64,000 nt of DNA from Eledone cirrhosa (lineage: Eukaryota), in assembly GCA_964016885.1 (NCBI GenBank), contig OZ024742.1, forward strand, positions 288,238,001 through 288,302,000, in the 5' to 3' direction. The position numbers and the translations under genes were made by a program. The notes below the pieces were generated by a model. The model had not been told where the DNA came from. It did no database searches and saw only the letters and a program-made list of their open reading frames with translations. Of this stretch, positions 1 to 12,699 are shown in pieces; the first letter of the stretch is position 1; each line of letters starts with the position of its first letter.

Positions 1-373
1 GGTCTTGTTTACATATACATAATATACACACATCTAAATCCTGGACTCTGAAAATTATACATGTTCAAATCCTGCATGAAGTGTATACAAACAAATTGAG
101 TCTTGCAGTCTAGATATGGCGAGAAGGGAAAAACTCCAATCAACTGTGACTACTCTCACAACTTCAAAACTAAAACACCTTTTAGGATTGATTGTTCAGG
201 GCATAAGAAGCAAGCAAGGAAGAGAACACATATAGCCTGAGCTGATACAAATCTTTTGGAACAATATAAAATTATGCAGTGGGAGTTTTGATCTTACTAG
301 ATCTCTTCAGAGAAGCATATCCATTTAGCATGTTGATTTTACTAAGAATGGAGAAATATATATATATATATAT

Positions 374-738
374 AGAAGTTCTATTTAAATTGTTGGGATA
401 CAACAAGCAAATATTTTTATAACTGATATAAAGCACTCAACAAATTATTGGAGTAAAAATACGATATATTAACAAATAGAAACTATATTTATTTCATTAT
501 ACATATTTCAAGGACACCAAGTTAAATTATGGTGTGCTTTCATCAGACAAAATATAATATAGATCAGTTTTATAAATAAATAAATATTGACATACCCTTA
601 AAGAATGCGACCATTTCTGTTGGAAGCTCCCAGATAGTATACTATCCGTCTGATGAAAGCACACCATAATTTAACTTGGTATCCTTGAAATATGTATAAT
701 GAAATAAATATAGTTTCTATTTGTTAATATAGCGTATT
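374..738. mobile_element. Short non-coding Penelope-type mini-element with internal inverted repeat (arms ~458-548 / 648-738), flanked by (TA)n
   Basis: ~90-bp arms are near-perfect reverse complements and contain a hammerhead core; the left part (374-455) is homologous to 763-845; (TA)n on both sides. Confidence 0.65.
490..554 (-). ncRNA. Type I hammerhead ribozyme motif
   Basis: Minus strand: UAUUUUGU-CUGAUGA-stem II (AAGCACACCA/UGGUGUCCUU, 1 mismatch)-GAA-AUAUGUAU-A|AUGAAAUA; stem I pairs over 8 bp including two G-U; near-palindromic stem III. Confidence 0.7.
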
Positions 739-930
739 ATATATATATATATATATATATATGGAAAGTTATATTTAAAATTGTTGGGTTACACCTAGTA
801 AATATTTATAACTGATATAAAAGCACTCGACAAATATTTGGAGTATATTTACCAGCGTAAACCTCTTCAAATGGAAGTCGGTGTTATAACGGTATGTCGA
901 ATCTATTTATCTATAAAACTGTTTATATTG

Positions 931-998
931 TATTTTGTCTGAGGAAGGCATAGCATATTGTTAATATGATATCCCCGAAATATATATAATGAAATAAA
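931..998 (+). ncRNA. Type I hammerhead ribozyme motif (diverged copy of the 490-554 family)
   Basis: UAUUUUGU-CUGAGGA-imperfect stem II-GAA-AUAUAUAU-A|AUGAAAUA; lies within the (TA)-flanked element 763-1040. Confidence 0.6.
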
Positions 999-1094
999 TA
1001 TGGTTTTATAAATATAGTTTCCATTTATTTAATATTGTATATATATATATATATATAAGTGTAGAAAACCTGCAGAAGCTAGAAAGAAATGAAT

Positions 1095-1255
1095 CGAGTA
1101 TGCTCAGATGGATGTGTGCATGAGTGACATAACATAAGCAACTGAGGGAAAAACTTGGCATAAGAGGAAGTGGATGAATTGGTATGGACATGTGATGCAT
1201 ATGGAAGATTGTAGATATATAGAAAAAATGCAAAAAAACCTCGGTGGCTGGGACC
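1095..1255 (+). mobile_element. Degenerate RTE LINE 3' coding fragment
   Basis: Similar to the RTE C-terminal motifs MLRWMC...LREKLGIRG...WYGHVM of the longer copies in this window. Confidence 0.6.
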
Positions 1256-1329
1256 CGTGATATTTCATCATGATATTTCTCTCCATCTGTAGCTCCCTTC
1301 ATACACACATTACACTTAAATACAGCTGC

Positions 1330-1620
1330 CACATCATCATCATTGTCGTTTTGATGTCTGCTTTCCCTGCTAGCAAGGGTTGGATGGGTCTATATAGACC
1401 AAGTCTACTAAAGTGGAGCCACTGCTATCTCGAGCAGGCCAGGGATCTCACATACAGGAAAGCTTGTCATGTCTTTGACACAATTGAGGGTCTTTCCAAT
1501 CCTTTGTTTGGCAACGTTTCTATGGCTGGATGCCCTTCCTATCACCAACCACTTTACAATGTGTAAAGGGTGTGTTTATCGTGTAGATCACCAACACTAG
1601 GCAGGCTGTCATGTCCATGA
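1330..1620 (-). mobile_element. Degenerate RTE-tail/SINE-like 3' module
   Basis: (CAT)n tail followed by gtctgctttccctgctagcaagggttgg and ggctggatgcccttcct motifs shared with the RTE 3' UTRs. Confidence 0.55.
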
Positions 1621-1944
1621 CATAACTGAAGAGTCCACTCGATCCTTTGTTTGGCGTATGTGTGTGTGAGACATGGTTAGTCCTGACCCATATAGTCTCA
1701 AAATGTGCTGACCCATCTAAACCATGCAGGCATAAAAAAACAAATGTTGATGATACCATTACTGTCACCACCATCACTACCAACAACAACAACAACAACA
1801 TATATAAGGTGCTACAAGTGATGCATTGTCAAACTGTCTTCGTGGAACTTCAGTGTGACATCACAAAAGACATGACAAAGAAGCACCACCACCACTACTG
1901 CTACTATACTATTCCTTTATAAAACATTTTTGCGTCTTGAACAT

Positions 1945-2589
1945 GTGACTGTGTATGTATGTATGTGTGTACGTATGTATGTACGTACGTATATTTGTAT
2001 GTATATATGTGCTTATATACGTGGGTGGGGGTGTATATAATGTGTATGTGTGTGATAGTAAGTGCGTGTGTTGGTTGCAGTTTTATTTCATTTAATTTCG
2101 TGTGTATGTGTAACTGATTATATGTAAGTGGGTTATTTACCTTGCTTGACTGATTATGTGTACGTGCTCTAAATGCAGTATGTGTATGTGTGTGCAGGTG
2201 TGGTGTATGTAGTGTGTACATGAATTATGTTGTATGGTACAGGAGGGTAAATGAAAGTGATTGTATGTGTGTGTCGGCCTTTATTTATGCTTCAGCGTAT
2301 GTGTGCGTGTCTTTGTGAATGTATGCGTGGTTTAGCCTAACTATCTGCATGCGTGCGTGCATGAACGTTTATGTATTTGTATGAGTGCTACCCTGCATGT
2401 GTACGGGGAAGCTAAGTTAGTGTGGTGTGTGTGTGTGTGTGTGTGTGTGTTATGTTTGTGCTAGCCTGCTTGTATTCTCGAGCCTATGTATGTGTGTGAT
2501 TGAATATGTGGGTGTATGTTTATGGGACTGTTATATTACATGTGTACGGCAAAGAAAATGTTGTGTGTTTGAGTGTACGTTTGAGAATG

Positions 2590-2638
<49 letters not shown>

Positions 2639-2960
2639 ACAGAGAGAGAGAGAGGGCATGTGTGTGAGTGTGTAGGCAGTGTAAATGTATTTATGTGTGT
2701 GTATGAGTAGGTGAGTTAGCTTGCATGTAGGCGTGAGTATATGAATGTGTGTATGCGAGTGTTATCTTGCATGTATATGGAAACGTTAATGTTGTTTGAG
2801 CATGTGTGTATGAATGCGTAAGTGTGTATATAGTAGAGAGTATATGTGCGTGTATATTTAGGTGTGGAAGCAGTGTGTGTGGTGTAGGTGTATGTGCGTT
2901 AGTGTGTGCTTGCCTGCATGTGTGTAGGTGTATGCTAGCCTGCATCTATGTGTGTACGCG
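1945..2960. repeat. Degenerate (GT/GTAT)n low-complexity region
   Basis: Composition visible directly. Confidence 0.8.
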
Positions 2961-3159
2961 TGGAAACAATGCGCAACTCAATCACAGAGTTTCTAATTCG
3001 GTATCTCTGGAATTTCGTCTTCGACAGAATGTTGTGAGACTCTGAGGAATGTGCGTATAATATCTTGGCCATGTGTGTATATCTTGGCATGAGTGTATAT
3101 AATATCTTGATGTAGAATTAGAAGATATAAGTGATCTTTAAATACGCACACCTGCACAC

Positions 3160-3218
<59 letters not shown>

Positions 3219-3479
3219 CAGGATGTTTATTATTCACAGTTGTATAAATACAGTTGTATAAATAAATAACATTACAAATTGTTTATAATTTTTTTCAGAA
3301 TGAAAATATAAACATATATAATAAGTACAATTAATTATTGTTAGGAACCTCACAAATATAATGCACAAAAATATATTACCAAAGCGAGAGAGAAAGAAAA
3401 GGAAAGAAAACAAATAAACAAACAAAAACAACCATGAATTCACCACCAAATATGACAATCGGCCGCACACCACATTACA

Positions 3480-4330
3480 ATGGTCAATGGAAAATTTTGA
3501 GGCGTGCCAAAACGCTTGCAGCATTACCGTGGTGATGTCTAGGCTAAGGCACTGAAACAACCAAGCACCCTCGCAGGTTTCACCTGACACCCTCAGTAAG
3601 GCGAGCCGCCGCCAACAGTGACAAGGATGTTGTCAGGGGCCCAGCTCCACCAAATGTCTCGAATGTCACAGGCTGGAAGAAACAGTTAGTTGATAGTTCC
3701 TGGTATTTTAGGATTTTATTCCATTCGGCAATGGAAACAATGACCCTCACATTCACCACGACATCCATTATATGGAAGGGAGCAAAAGAGTCATTGACTG
3801 TGATGTCCCAGATGAGACATCTACCTCTTACCCAGGGACAAATAGTAAGATCATCTGGTCTCTTCCCATCAATTCTGAAAAAACCAGCCAGCTCCAGAAC
3901 TGGGGGATATTTACTCGAGGTAGGGCCCGCTTAATGATCAGGTTTAGCTCAGTATGACGGATGAAGCAACCAGCATTCAGGCAGCAGAACAAATCATGGA
4001 AGCCTGTGGAGTCGAAGGACCTACCACAGTGACATCTCAGACCCCCGCAGGCATCAGCTCCCACTCGAAATGCAACGGAGATGTAGAGCTCATCCAGACT
4101 GAGAAGACCACCAGTGTTGGCCACAGGCAGGGCATCAATCCAGTCCCCTGAGAATTTTGCACTTGCAGAAAGTAAGTGGCACCTAGAAAATTTATCAGAA
4201 TGATCAAAGAGAGAGTTAAATGTTTTGCTCAAATGCAAATTGCTCCATACTCTCTGATTATGTCTATCCTCGTCAGTATTAGGAACATACATAACCATTT
4301 TCAGATATAGGGGCAATACTGTGTCTGGGA
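3480..4330 (-). mobile_element. CRE-like (restriction-like endonuclease) non-LTR retrotransposon, decayed 3' fragment
   Basis: ORF 3828-4316: SGDWIDALP...CHCG...FHDLFC...RHTELN zinc knuckle; downstream frames give RPDD...WDITV and FQPVTFETFGGAG endonuclease motifs with frameshifts. Confidence 0.8.
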
Positions 4331-5021
4331 TTTGTTTAGGGGCTTATTGCACTGAATAGCAGCAAAGCAAGGTTGTTAGTGTGCGAGGATTAAATGCCTT
4401 GATATTTGTTCTGGCTTTTTGTGCTCTGAGTTTAAATCCTCCCGAGGTCATTTTTGCCCATCATGTTTTGAGGGGTTGATAAATAAAGTACCAATCCAGG
4501 AATAGGCAGATTGGTGGAAATATTAAAGAGTTAGATGAGTGGTTTTGTGTTATCTGTACCTGTTCTGAGTGTTCTGAGTTCAAATATTACCTCCTGCTAC
4601 AAGAAAAGTGGTGATGCTTCTGCCAGGATTTTCAAATTGAGCAGAAGTGATCATCTCAGGATGGTGAACCTCACAAAGTAAATGATAGAAGATAGAGCCA
4701 AGTAGAGGGAAACTGTGATAAAGGTAGGCTGAGGAAGACATAGGTAGAAGTGGTGAGTGTTGATCTCAGGCTGGTGGGCTTCACAAAGGAAATAACAAAA
4801 GAGAGACATTGTACTGGAAAAGATTTGTCTAACCCATGAAAACATGGAAAAAAAAAACATCCATGTATAAACAATGATGATGATGATGTTTTACGTCTAT
4901 TGTCTTGGTCAAGCCACATGCCTTCATTAAACTGAGCCATTGTTTCAGACAGATGGAAATAGTGTCAAAGTGAAGTAATTAACACAGTTTAACTTGATTG
5001 ATGCAACTGTAATGATATACA

Positions 5022-5058
5022 CTAGCAGAAAAACCGCCCTCGGGCGGTTTTCTGCTAG
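5022..5058. repeat. Near-perfect 37-bp palindrome/hairpin
   Basis: ctagcagaaaaaccgccc-tc-gggcggttttctgctag. Confidence 0.85.
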
Positions 5059-5159
5059 CATATGTAGTGTGCATATTGGTATTATACGCAAATATATATG
5101 CATATAGATATATGTAAATTGAAAAGTAAATTGACAATATCTTCTTCACCCACTTATTT

Positions 5160-5770
5160 CTGAGAGGATTGTGGGGGCAGAGTCCTTCTCAAACACTCCT
5201 TCCAGCGAGTCTGTCAGTAGCAAACATCTCTAACTGATCCAGCTGGATCCCAAAGAGTGACCAGCCAAGCTCATGAATGTTATCCAACTATCTACCTCTG
5301 GGTCTCTTGCCGGTTGGTTTTACCTGTAAAATGTGTCCAGCAATTCTTTACTGAGATATTCTAACCACATGCTCATAATATCGGAGTTGTGATCTCTCAA
5401 TTCGGAGAAGTAGCGGCTCTACCAGGAGTGACTCTCTGGTCTCTGAGTTATGCACTTTATCGAGTAATGTTACTCCAAAGACCCTTCAGAGGAAACCCAT
5501 TTCTGCTACTTTTATTGGCAATTGTATTCTTTTGGTCATTACTCAAGATTCATGATCCTCGGTAAGAGTTGGCAGGAACACCAGGAAGACAGCGAGTTTG
5601 GCTTTTACCCCCCCCCCCCCCCATCTGATTGCTGAATGCTGAGGCTGGCGCTTTACTGCATCAGCTTTTGCAATTCTTGCACTTAATTCAGCCTCCTGCA
5701 TTCCATCACTCATGAACACGGCTCCAAGATACTTGAACTTCTCTAACTGCTTCAGTAGAACTCCATACAC
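5160..5770 (-). mobile_element. Degenerate RTE-clade LINE 3' fragment (family without the PHD finger)
   Basis: ORF 5543-5875 contains LKQLEKFKYLGAVFMSDG...ELSARIAKA; homologous to 10195-10750. Confidence 0.7.
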
Positions 5771-5974
5771 ATGTATATACATTTGAGGGACTTCTGTCCA
5801 CCCATCCATCACGCAATGTGTATGTGTGTTTGTGTGAATGTATGTGTGTGTAAAAGGAAGGAAAGGGATACACACATATATATGTCTAACTTAAAAACGG
5901 TGACACACACACGTGTCTCTAATTTAAGAATGCCGACAAACTCACACGTGCGCACATACACACACTGTCCTATT

Positions 5975-6665
5975 ACCAGTCAAGAACTTTGGCCCAGGCA
6001 AACATCCCCTCAATTTTGGAACCGTCTGGGTTGTCCTGAATTGATGGGAAAAGACTTGACGGTCTTACTCTGTGCTCCTGGTCAAGAGGCAGGTGCCTTA
6101 CCTGGGACATCACAGTTAGTGACTCTTTTGCTTCTTCCCACATTCTGGATGCAGCGGTAAGGGCGAGAGCTACAGCATCCACAGCTGAATGGAACAAAAT
6201 CCTAAAATACCGTGTACTGTCAGCTAACTACATTATCCAGCCTGTGGCGTTCGAGACGTTTGGGGGAGTCGGGCTACTGACAGCGAGGTTCTTATCTTCA
6301 CTGGCGACTCGCCAAACAGAGGTAACTGGTGATGCTCGTGAGGGCACTTGGTTGTTCCAGCACCTCAGCTTCGCCATCACCCCAGGTAACGCTGTGAGTG
6401 TGCTGGCTTGCCTCAAAAATTATTAGAGAGGTTTTTCAGTGCTCCTCGCTATATTGCTATCTTTTGCTCTGGCAGCGGCTCTTTTACTACTCTTTCGCCT
6501 GCATATTGTTCTATGGCCTAAGATGTGTGTATTAACTGCTTGTGTATTTTTCCTCTTTCTTTTTTTCCTTTCCCTTTCCTTTGTATATATTATATTTGTT
6601 AGTGTTTTCGTTCTGTAACCATTATATTAAATGAGTTTTAAAAAAAATGAGTTAGTAAATAAATA
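5975..6665 (+). mobile_element. CRE-like non-LTR retrotransposon 3' fragment
   Basis: Homologous to 3480-3930 (GKRLDGLTLCSWSRGRCLTWDIT; QPVAFETFGGVG...WLFQHLSFAITPGNAVSVLAC); T-rich 3' UTR ending in aataaa. Confidence 0.75.
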
Positions 6666-7159
6666 AAACGTTATACTTGTTTTACCCTCCCATTTCCAAT
6701 TCACCGAATGCTGCTATCATGACTGTATGTGTGTGTTTGTGTAAATGTATATGTCTGAATGTATGTATGTTTGTGTGAAAGTATGTGTATTTGTGTGAAT
6801 TATGTCCGTGAGTGTGTAATTTTATAAGTTTGTGTTTGCGCGATTATAGTGATATACTCATACATATAGATGTATGTATGTGCACACTCATACGCATCAG
6901 CATGTAGAAAATCAAAATCTCTCTATCTCTCTCATCACACACTCTCTCTCTTTCTATATATATATGGTAGTTGAAGTGGTGGCGACGATATACCGGAAGT
7001 GCAACTTTGAAAAGAAGACAATTTTAAATTATTTATTTTTACGAAATTATTTATGTTTACAAAATTTAGTATATAAATTATGTAATATTCATTCATTATT
7101 TATTCAAAGTAATGAATGAATATTACATAACTGTACTGAGACATAAATGAATGAATATT

Positions 7160-7472
7160 ACGTAACTGTGGTGCAAAGCATGGCGTCCGACCCTCTACCG
7201 ATACTGCCAATCCACCCCTTATGTTTACAAAATTTAGTACATAAATTATGTAATATTCATTCATTACTTTGAATAAATAATTGTTTCTACTTAGGCACAA
7301 GGCCAGCAATTAACCAGTACATTACTGGTACTTTATTTTATCGACCCCGTAAGGATGAAAGGTTAACTTTGCCTTTCATCCTTACGGGGTAGATAAAATA
7401 AAGTACCAGTAATACACTGGGTAATTGCTGGCCTTGTGCCAAAAAGTAGAAACAATTATTTATTCAAAGTAA
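7160..7472. mobile_element. Rearranged tRNA-derived SINE: head fragment plus fold-back of the 3' half
   Basis: 7175-7218 matches the SINE head at 28233-28277; 7263-7362 and 7372-7472 are inverted copies of the SINE tail. Confidence 0.75.
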
Positions 7473-7560
7473 TCCAACTTATTTTACTAACTGGATTAAA
7501 AAAAATAAACCGTACGCAGTCCTGCAGTCCTTACTTTATTATAGTTTAGATATATAAAAT

Positions 7561-7895
7561 CATCATCGCTTTTACGTCTGCTTTTCTACACTTGCATGGG
7601 TTGGACAGGTCCCTCTTAGCATGGCATCTTTCCATACGTCACGATCCTTTGTGATCACCTCTGTGAGTCTCAGTGATTTGAGGTCAGCTCTTACAACCTC
7701 TGCCCAGGTCTTTTTTGGTCTACCTCTATTGAGGCTTCCTTCCACTGGCATTTCCTGGCACATCTTCAGTCAATGATCATTGTCCATGCATATCACATGT
7801 CCAAACCAATGCAATCTTCTCTCCTGCACACCACCTTCCATTCCTCTCTTAACTTGTCCAAGCTCTACCATTTTCTCACACTTACATTGCACATC
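7561..7895 (-). mobile_element. RTE LINE 3' end fragment (subfamily of 18061-20598)
   Basis: ORF 7572-7763 CQEMPVEG...RGRPKKTWAEVVRADL matches 20221-20571; (GAT)n tail. Confidence 0.85.
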
Positions 7896-8379
7896 CAATT
7901 ATATACATATATATCATCATCATCACCATCATCATCATTGTTTAACACCTATTTTTCGATGCATGGATGGGTTAGACAGGTTGTCATGTTATGAGACAAG
8001 TCAGGTCTTGCTCATACAGATTTACGAATTTGTATTTTGGCTTGGTTTCTATGGCTGGATGCCTTTCCTAATGCCAACCATGTTACAGTGTGGACTGGGT
8101 GCTTTTTATCATGCCACCAACACGATCCCCTTACAGGATGGGCTGGGTGCTTTGTTGTGGCACTGGGTCATCATAAAGAATGGACTGGGCATTTTTCGTA
8201 TGTGTAGTTTTGCAGGAGAGGTGTATCAGTGGGGAGGAGTGGAGAAAACAGGTAAGCAAGTTCAACTTGGTTAAGGTGCATAGGTTATTGAGCAGGTGAT
8301 GGATAGTGTGGGGGACAAGGGATGGGGAGTATTAAGACTGGAGAGGGATAAAGAACAGAAGATTGGTACAGACTAGTGT

Positions 8380-8665
8380 CTTCTGCATGTTTGTTCTATC
8401 CTGTGCACATGGGAAGGCAGGTCTTCTGCAGTACAGCATAACTCCAGAGATCTTGATCCTATATCATTTCCTTAGATCAGTTTTTATCACTTCATCCCAA
8501 GCTTCCCTAGGTCTTCCTCTTCCATAATTCCAATTGACTTTGAGCACTCAGCATCTTTTTATACAGCTGTCATCCTCCATACACATCACATGTCCATATC
8601 GTCACAATCTCCTCTCCTGCACATTGCATATGATCCTTCTTATGCTTAGTTTCTCTCACAGTTCA
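8380..8665 (-). mobile_element. Degenerate RTE LINE 3' fragment
   Basis: Reverse strand encodes ERRL.RYGHVMCMEDDSCIKRC...GRPREAWDEVIK. Confidence 0.7.
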
Positions 8666-8734
8666 TATATATATATATGATAGATAGATAAATATATTGT
8701 CAATCAAATGTCAATATATATTTCAACCCAAGGC

Positions 8735-9005
8735 TATAACTTGCCCAAATATCACACAATGGGAGTGAACTTCAAACCATGTGGTTGCTGAACAAACTCC
8801 TTAACCATACAGCCATATTTATATATATATATGTGTGTGTGTGTGTATATATATAAGTGTGTGTGTGTGTTGGGCTTCTGCAGTTTTCATCAATCAAGTT
8901 TCACTGAGTCTATAGTAGAAGACACTTGCCAAAGAAGCCCCACAGTGGAAATGAACCTGCAACATGAATGTGAAGTGAACTCCTTAACCACGCAGTCATG
9001 TCTGC
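8735..9005 (-). mobile_element. Two degenerate tRNA-SINE head fragments
   Basis: cttgcc(c)aaa...gtgaac...ctccttaaccac motifs, present twice. Confidence 0.45.
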
Positions 9006-9584
9006 TTCTATAAATAGAGATATATTCAGAATGATGTTTCCAGATGCTTCTGTTGGTGTTTGTAATCAACACTTGCTATAAAGGAACTACCAGAATTAAC
9101 AGAGAAATGTTCATTTATCAGTGATTTACTCCAGCTGCACAGTTCTTTATCAGAGAAATTTGTGGTCATGTTTTTACGAAAATTATTCAACTGTTTCAAC
9201 TCCAACCCAATCTTTCATTACCATATTTCTAATGAAACACATGGCCTATGATTTTCAAGTAATATTGAAAATAATTAAAGAATTTGAAGTGATTTTGAAA
9301 TATAACTTACTTTCTTATTTGTATGATAATGTATGAAATGTAGCTTAACAGAGATTCCTATATAAAATTCTGATGGAAGTTTTTTTAGATAAATATAGAA
9401 ACAAAACGTTTCATATCATGGAACCATCACTGGATTTAGATTATTTAGTATCAACAGATTTAAGGAAAAAGTCAAGCTATATTACTTAATTCCTCTAAAT
9501 TTTTCATTATTTTCAAATTTAATTGAAACTCTTGTGTTGAGTATTTCATTAGAAATATGATAAGAAAAGGGCTAAAAGTGCACA

Positions 9585-9925
9585 TAACCTACCTAACTAC
9601 CTATCTACGCACATGCTTATTCACCAACTTTCTACCTACCAACCCACCTATCTACCCATTCATATACCTAGCTTCCTACTTATCTACCTACCTATTTAGC
9701 TAGCTACCAACTCACCTAGCTAACTACCTACCTATTCACCTATCTACCAACCTACTTACCTAATTACCTATCTCTATACCTGCCTATCTACCTATCTACA
9801 TACCTATCAACCTACCTACCTACCCACTCACCAACCTACCTATCTACCTTCTTTCTTACCTACCTACCTACCTACCTACCTACCTACCTACCCACTCACC
9901 TATCTACCTACCTAACAACCGACCT
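9585..9925. repeat. (ACCT/ATCT)n tetranucleotide microsatellite
   Basis: Visible directly. Confidence 0.9.
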
Positions 9926-10194
9926 ATAAATTTGTGTCATTAGAGTCATTAGATCCTTAGATTAATACCTTAGTCTCTGTTCCAGATCCCTATATTCTAA
10001 GTTCAAATCCCACCATTCACCCTTTTCCAGGGGCCAATAGATAAGATAACAGTCCAGGGAGAGAGGATTGGTGGAATTCTTAAAGAGACTAATAAGATGA
10101 TTCACAGTATCTTACACCCAGTAACTTCTTCAAGCCTGGTGCTTATCTTATCATCTCTTTTTGAACCATTATATTTGTTTTCCTTGTGATATAT

Positions 10195-10750
10195 CTTCTT
10201 CTTCTTCTCCTTCTCCTTCTTCTTCTCCTCTCCCTTTTTCTTTTCTTCGTCCATTTATTCTTGGGAGGTCCGTGGGAGCAGAGTCTCCAAACACTCCTAG
10301 TGGGTCGGGTCGTGTCAGAAGCAACCATCTCCTGTCAGTTGGTTTTGCCCCTAAAATTTGTCTATCAATTCTTTCCCTGAGCCATTCTAACCACATGCCC
10401 ATAGTATCGGAGAAATAGCAGCTCTACCTGGAGTGACTCTCTGATCTCTGAGCTATGCACTCTATCAAGTAACGTTACTCCAAAGAGTAAGGATAGCGTT
10501 ACCTCATTTCGACCGCTTGTAATTGCGATCGTATTCTTTTGGTGATTACCCAAGATTCATGACCATAGGTAAGGGTTGGCACAAATACCGCATTGAAGAT
10601 AGCGAGTTTAACTTTTACACCTACCTCTCTTCTTCTGATTACTGAATGCTGAAGCTGGAGCATTACTGTATCAGCTCCTGCACTTCAGCCTTCTACCTTC
10701 CATCACTCGTGAACACAGCCCCAAGATACTTGAACTTCTCTACCTGCTTA
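10195..10750 (-). mobile_element. Degenerate RTE-clade LINE 3' fragment with (GAA)n-rich tail
   Basis: Homologous to 5160-5770 (VEKFKYLG; GVTLLDRVHSSEIRESLQVE...YYGHVVRM). Confidence 0.7.
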
Positions 10751-10892
10751 TTATGTCAACTATATTTTACAGACAGTAGTTATACAATGAGGGAAATATA
10801 AAACAAAGATAAAAACAAAATTAAGTAATGAAAAAAGTGGAAGGAGTAAAGAAGGCAGATCTGGCTATATTGGAAAGTAAAGGAAAGGACTA

Positions 10893-11060
10893 TCATCATT
10901 ATCATCATTTTACGTCCGCTTTTCCCTGCTTGCAAGGGTAGGACGGGAACTGATTCTGGCTTGATTTCTACAGCTGGATGCCCTTCCTAACACCAACCTC
11001 ATTTACAGTGAGTGCTGGGTGCTTTTTTTGCCGTGGCACCTCCACGACCACTTTGCAGTG
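10893..11060 (-). mobile_element. RTE 3' UTR module fragment
   Basis: Matches 57600-57850 in reverse (gccgtggcacctccacgacc; ggatgcccttcctaacaccaacctcatttacagtgag). Confidence 0.7.
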
Positions 11061-11094
11061 GAATGATAGGGACCCCAGTCCCTATCATCTCATT

Positions 11095-11231
11095 TCTACA
11101 GCTGAGTAAACTGGAGCAATGTGAAATAAAGTGTCTTGCTCAAGGAAACAACACATCACTCGGTCTGAGAATTGAAAGCACAACCTTTCGATTGCAAGGC
11201 CAATGCTCTAACCACTAAGCCATGTGCCTCC
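11095..11231 (-). mobile_element. tRNA-derived SINE (second family) fragment
   Basis: Reverse of 12423-12560: tggcttagtggttagag A-box and ccttgagcaagacactttatttcac core. Confidence 0.7.
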
Positions 11232-11544
11232 ATTATAAATGTTATAAATGCTATAAATGAGAAGAAAAGGAGGGAAAGAGCAAGGATTATCAGGCAATGG
11301 AAAAAAGTGATGGGGAAGGGGAGAGGGTGACAGCCCCAATGCCTAGGTCGGGCACTATTTCAGTTAAGCCTCACCGTCATGATTGCAAAGGCATTTCCGT
11401 GGACAAGGGCCAGTCATGCATGCTGCAACAACCACCCCACCTTGTGCGGCTCCTTCCTCTGACGGGGCTGTTGAGGAACCATTAAAGTATGGGACATAAA
11501 CATACACAAAAAGTCTAAATGAGATGATCTTGAAGGTTTATAAT

Positions 11545-12305
11545 TGGTAGTAGTGGTCGGGGTGGGGTGGTGGTAGTAGTAGTAGTAGTAACTAACAAGT
11601 AAACTGCCAATTATTTTGCTGCTGCAGCTGCTGCTACTACTACTACTACTATTACTACTACTACTTCCATCACTACCACCACAACCACCACACTACTACT
11701 ACTACTACTACTACTACCTTCACTACTAAAACTACCACTAGCACCACTACTTATTGGCCCAGAATCAAAACCATTCTCTCCTTAGTCTGTGTGCCCTCCA
11801 CTCCCCACCATCACCACCTTGCTAGTTCTAAAGTTATCTGTCCCACCACCACCACCACTACTACTACTACTATCACCACCTTTCTAGTTCTAAAGTTATC
11901 TACCCACCACTACTACTAATACTTACACCACCACCACTACTACTACCACCACCACTACCACCACCATCACCATCTTGCTAGTTCTAAAGTTATCTACCCA
12001 CCACTTCTACCACTGCCAAAACCACCACCGCTACCACCATCACCACAACTACCATCACCACCTTGCTAGTTCTAAAGTTATCACCCCACCACTACCACCA
12101 ACACTACTATTGCTATCACCACCTCCACCACTATCACAATCACCACCACCACTATCACCACTACCACCATCACCACCACCACTACCACCACCACTACCAC
12201 CACCACCAACATACCACCACCACACCACTACCATCACCATCACTGCCTTGCTAGTTTTAAAGTTATCACTCCACCTCTGTTACACCAGTACTAAAGCTAT
12301 CTACC
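11545..12305. repeat. (ACT/ACC)n triplet array punctuated by five copies of a 21-nt core CTTGCTAGTTCTAAAGTTATC
   Basis: Cores at 11818, 11880, 11974, 12062 and 12247, plus a partial copy at 12291. Confidence 0.85.
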
Positions 12306-12422
12306 AAGAAAATATTCTTGGAATGTTGGCGGGAAAGCAGTGAGTCTGATAATAACAGTGGAGGTGGTTAGAATATGGCTGATGTATCTTCTTAAAGATG
12401 TTGGCAGTAGTTGTAGTGATGT

Positions 12423-12695
12423 GAAGGCATATGTGGCATAGTGGTTAAGGTGTTTGGCTCACACTCAGAAGGTTGTGAGTTTGATTCCAAGCAGTGCATT
12501 GTGGCCTTGAGCAAGACACTTTATTTCACATTGCTCCAGCCCTCTCAGCTGGATAAAAGTAAGTTGTACCTGTAATTCAATTGGCTCAGGCTTGTCACAT
12601 ACAATGTCATGTTGAATCTCCTTAAGGGCTATGTTATGAGTGCATGTGGAATGCTCGGCCACTTGCATATTAATGTTGTGTGCAAGCTGTTCCCT
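12423..12695 (+). mobile_element. tRNA-derived SINE (second family)
   Basis: A-box-like TGGCATAGTGG, B-box-like GTTTGATTCC, core gccttgagcaagacactttatttcacattgctccag. Confidence 0.7.
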
Positions 12696-12699
12696 TCTT

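Noticed and set aside
1-60. Possible minus-strand splice acceptor (ttttcag) near the window edge
   Set aside because: Too little sequence to support an exon
9025-9215. Non-repetitive stretch with a ~60-codon open frame on the minus strand, possible host exon
   Set aside because: No convincing splice acceptor and no recognisable protein similarity
11818-12305. Repeat-spacer pattern resembling CRISPR
   Set aside because: Spacers are low-complexity triplets of variable length, the context is eukaryotic, and there are no cas genes
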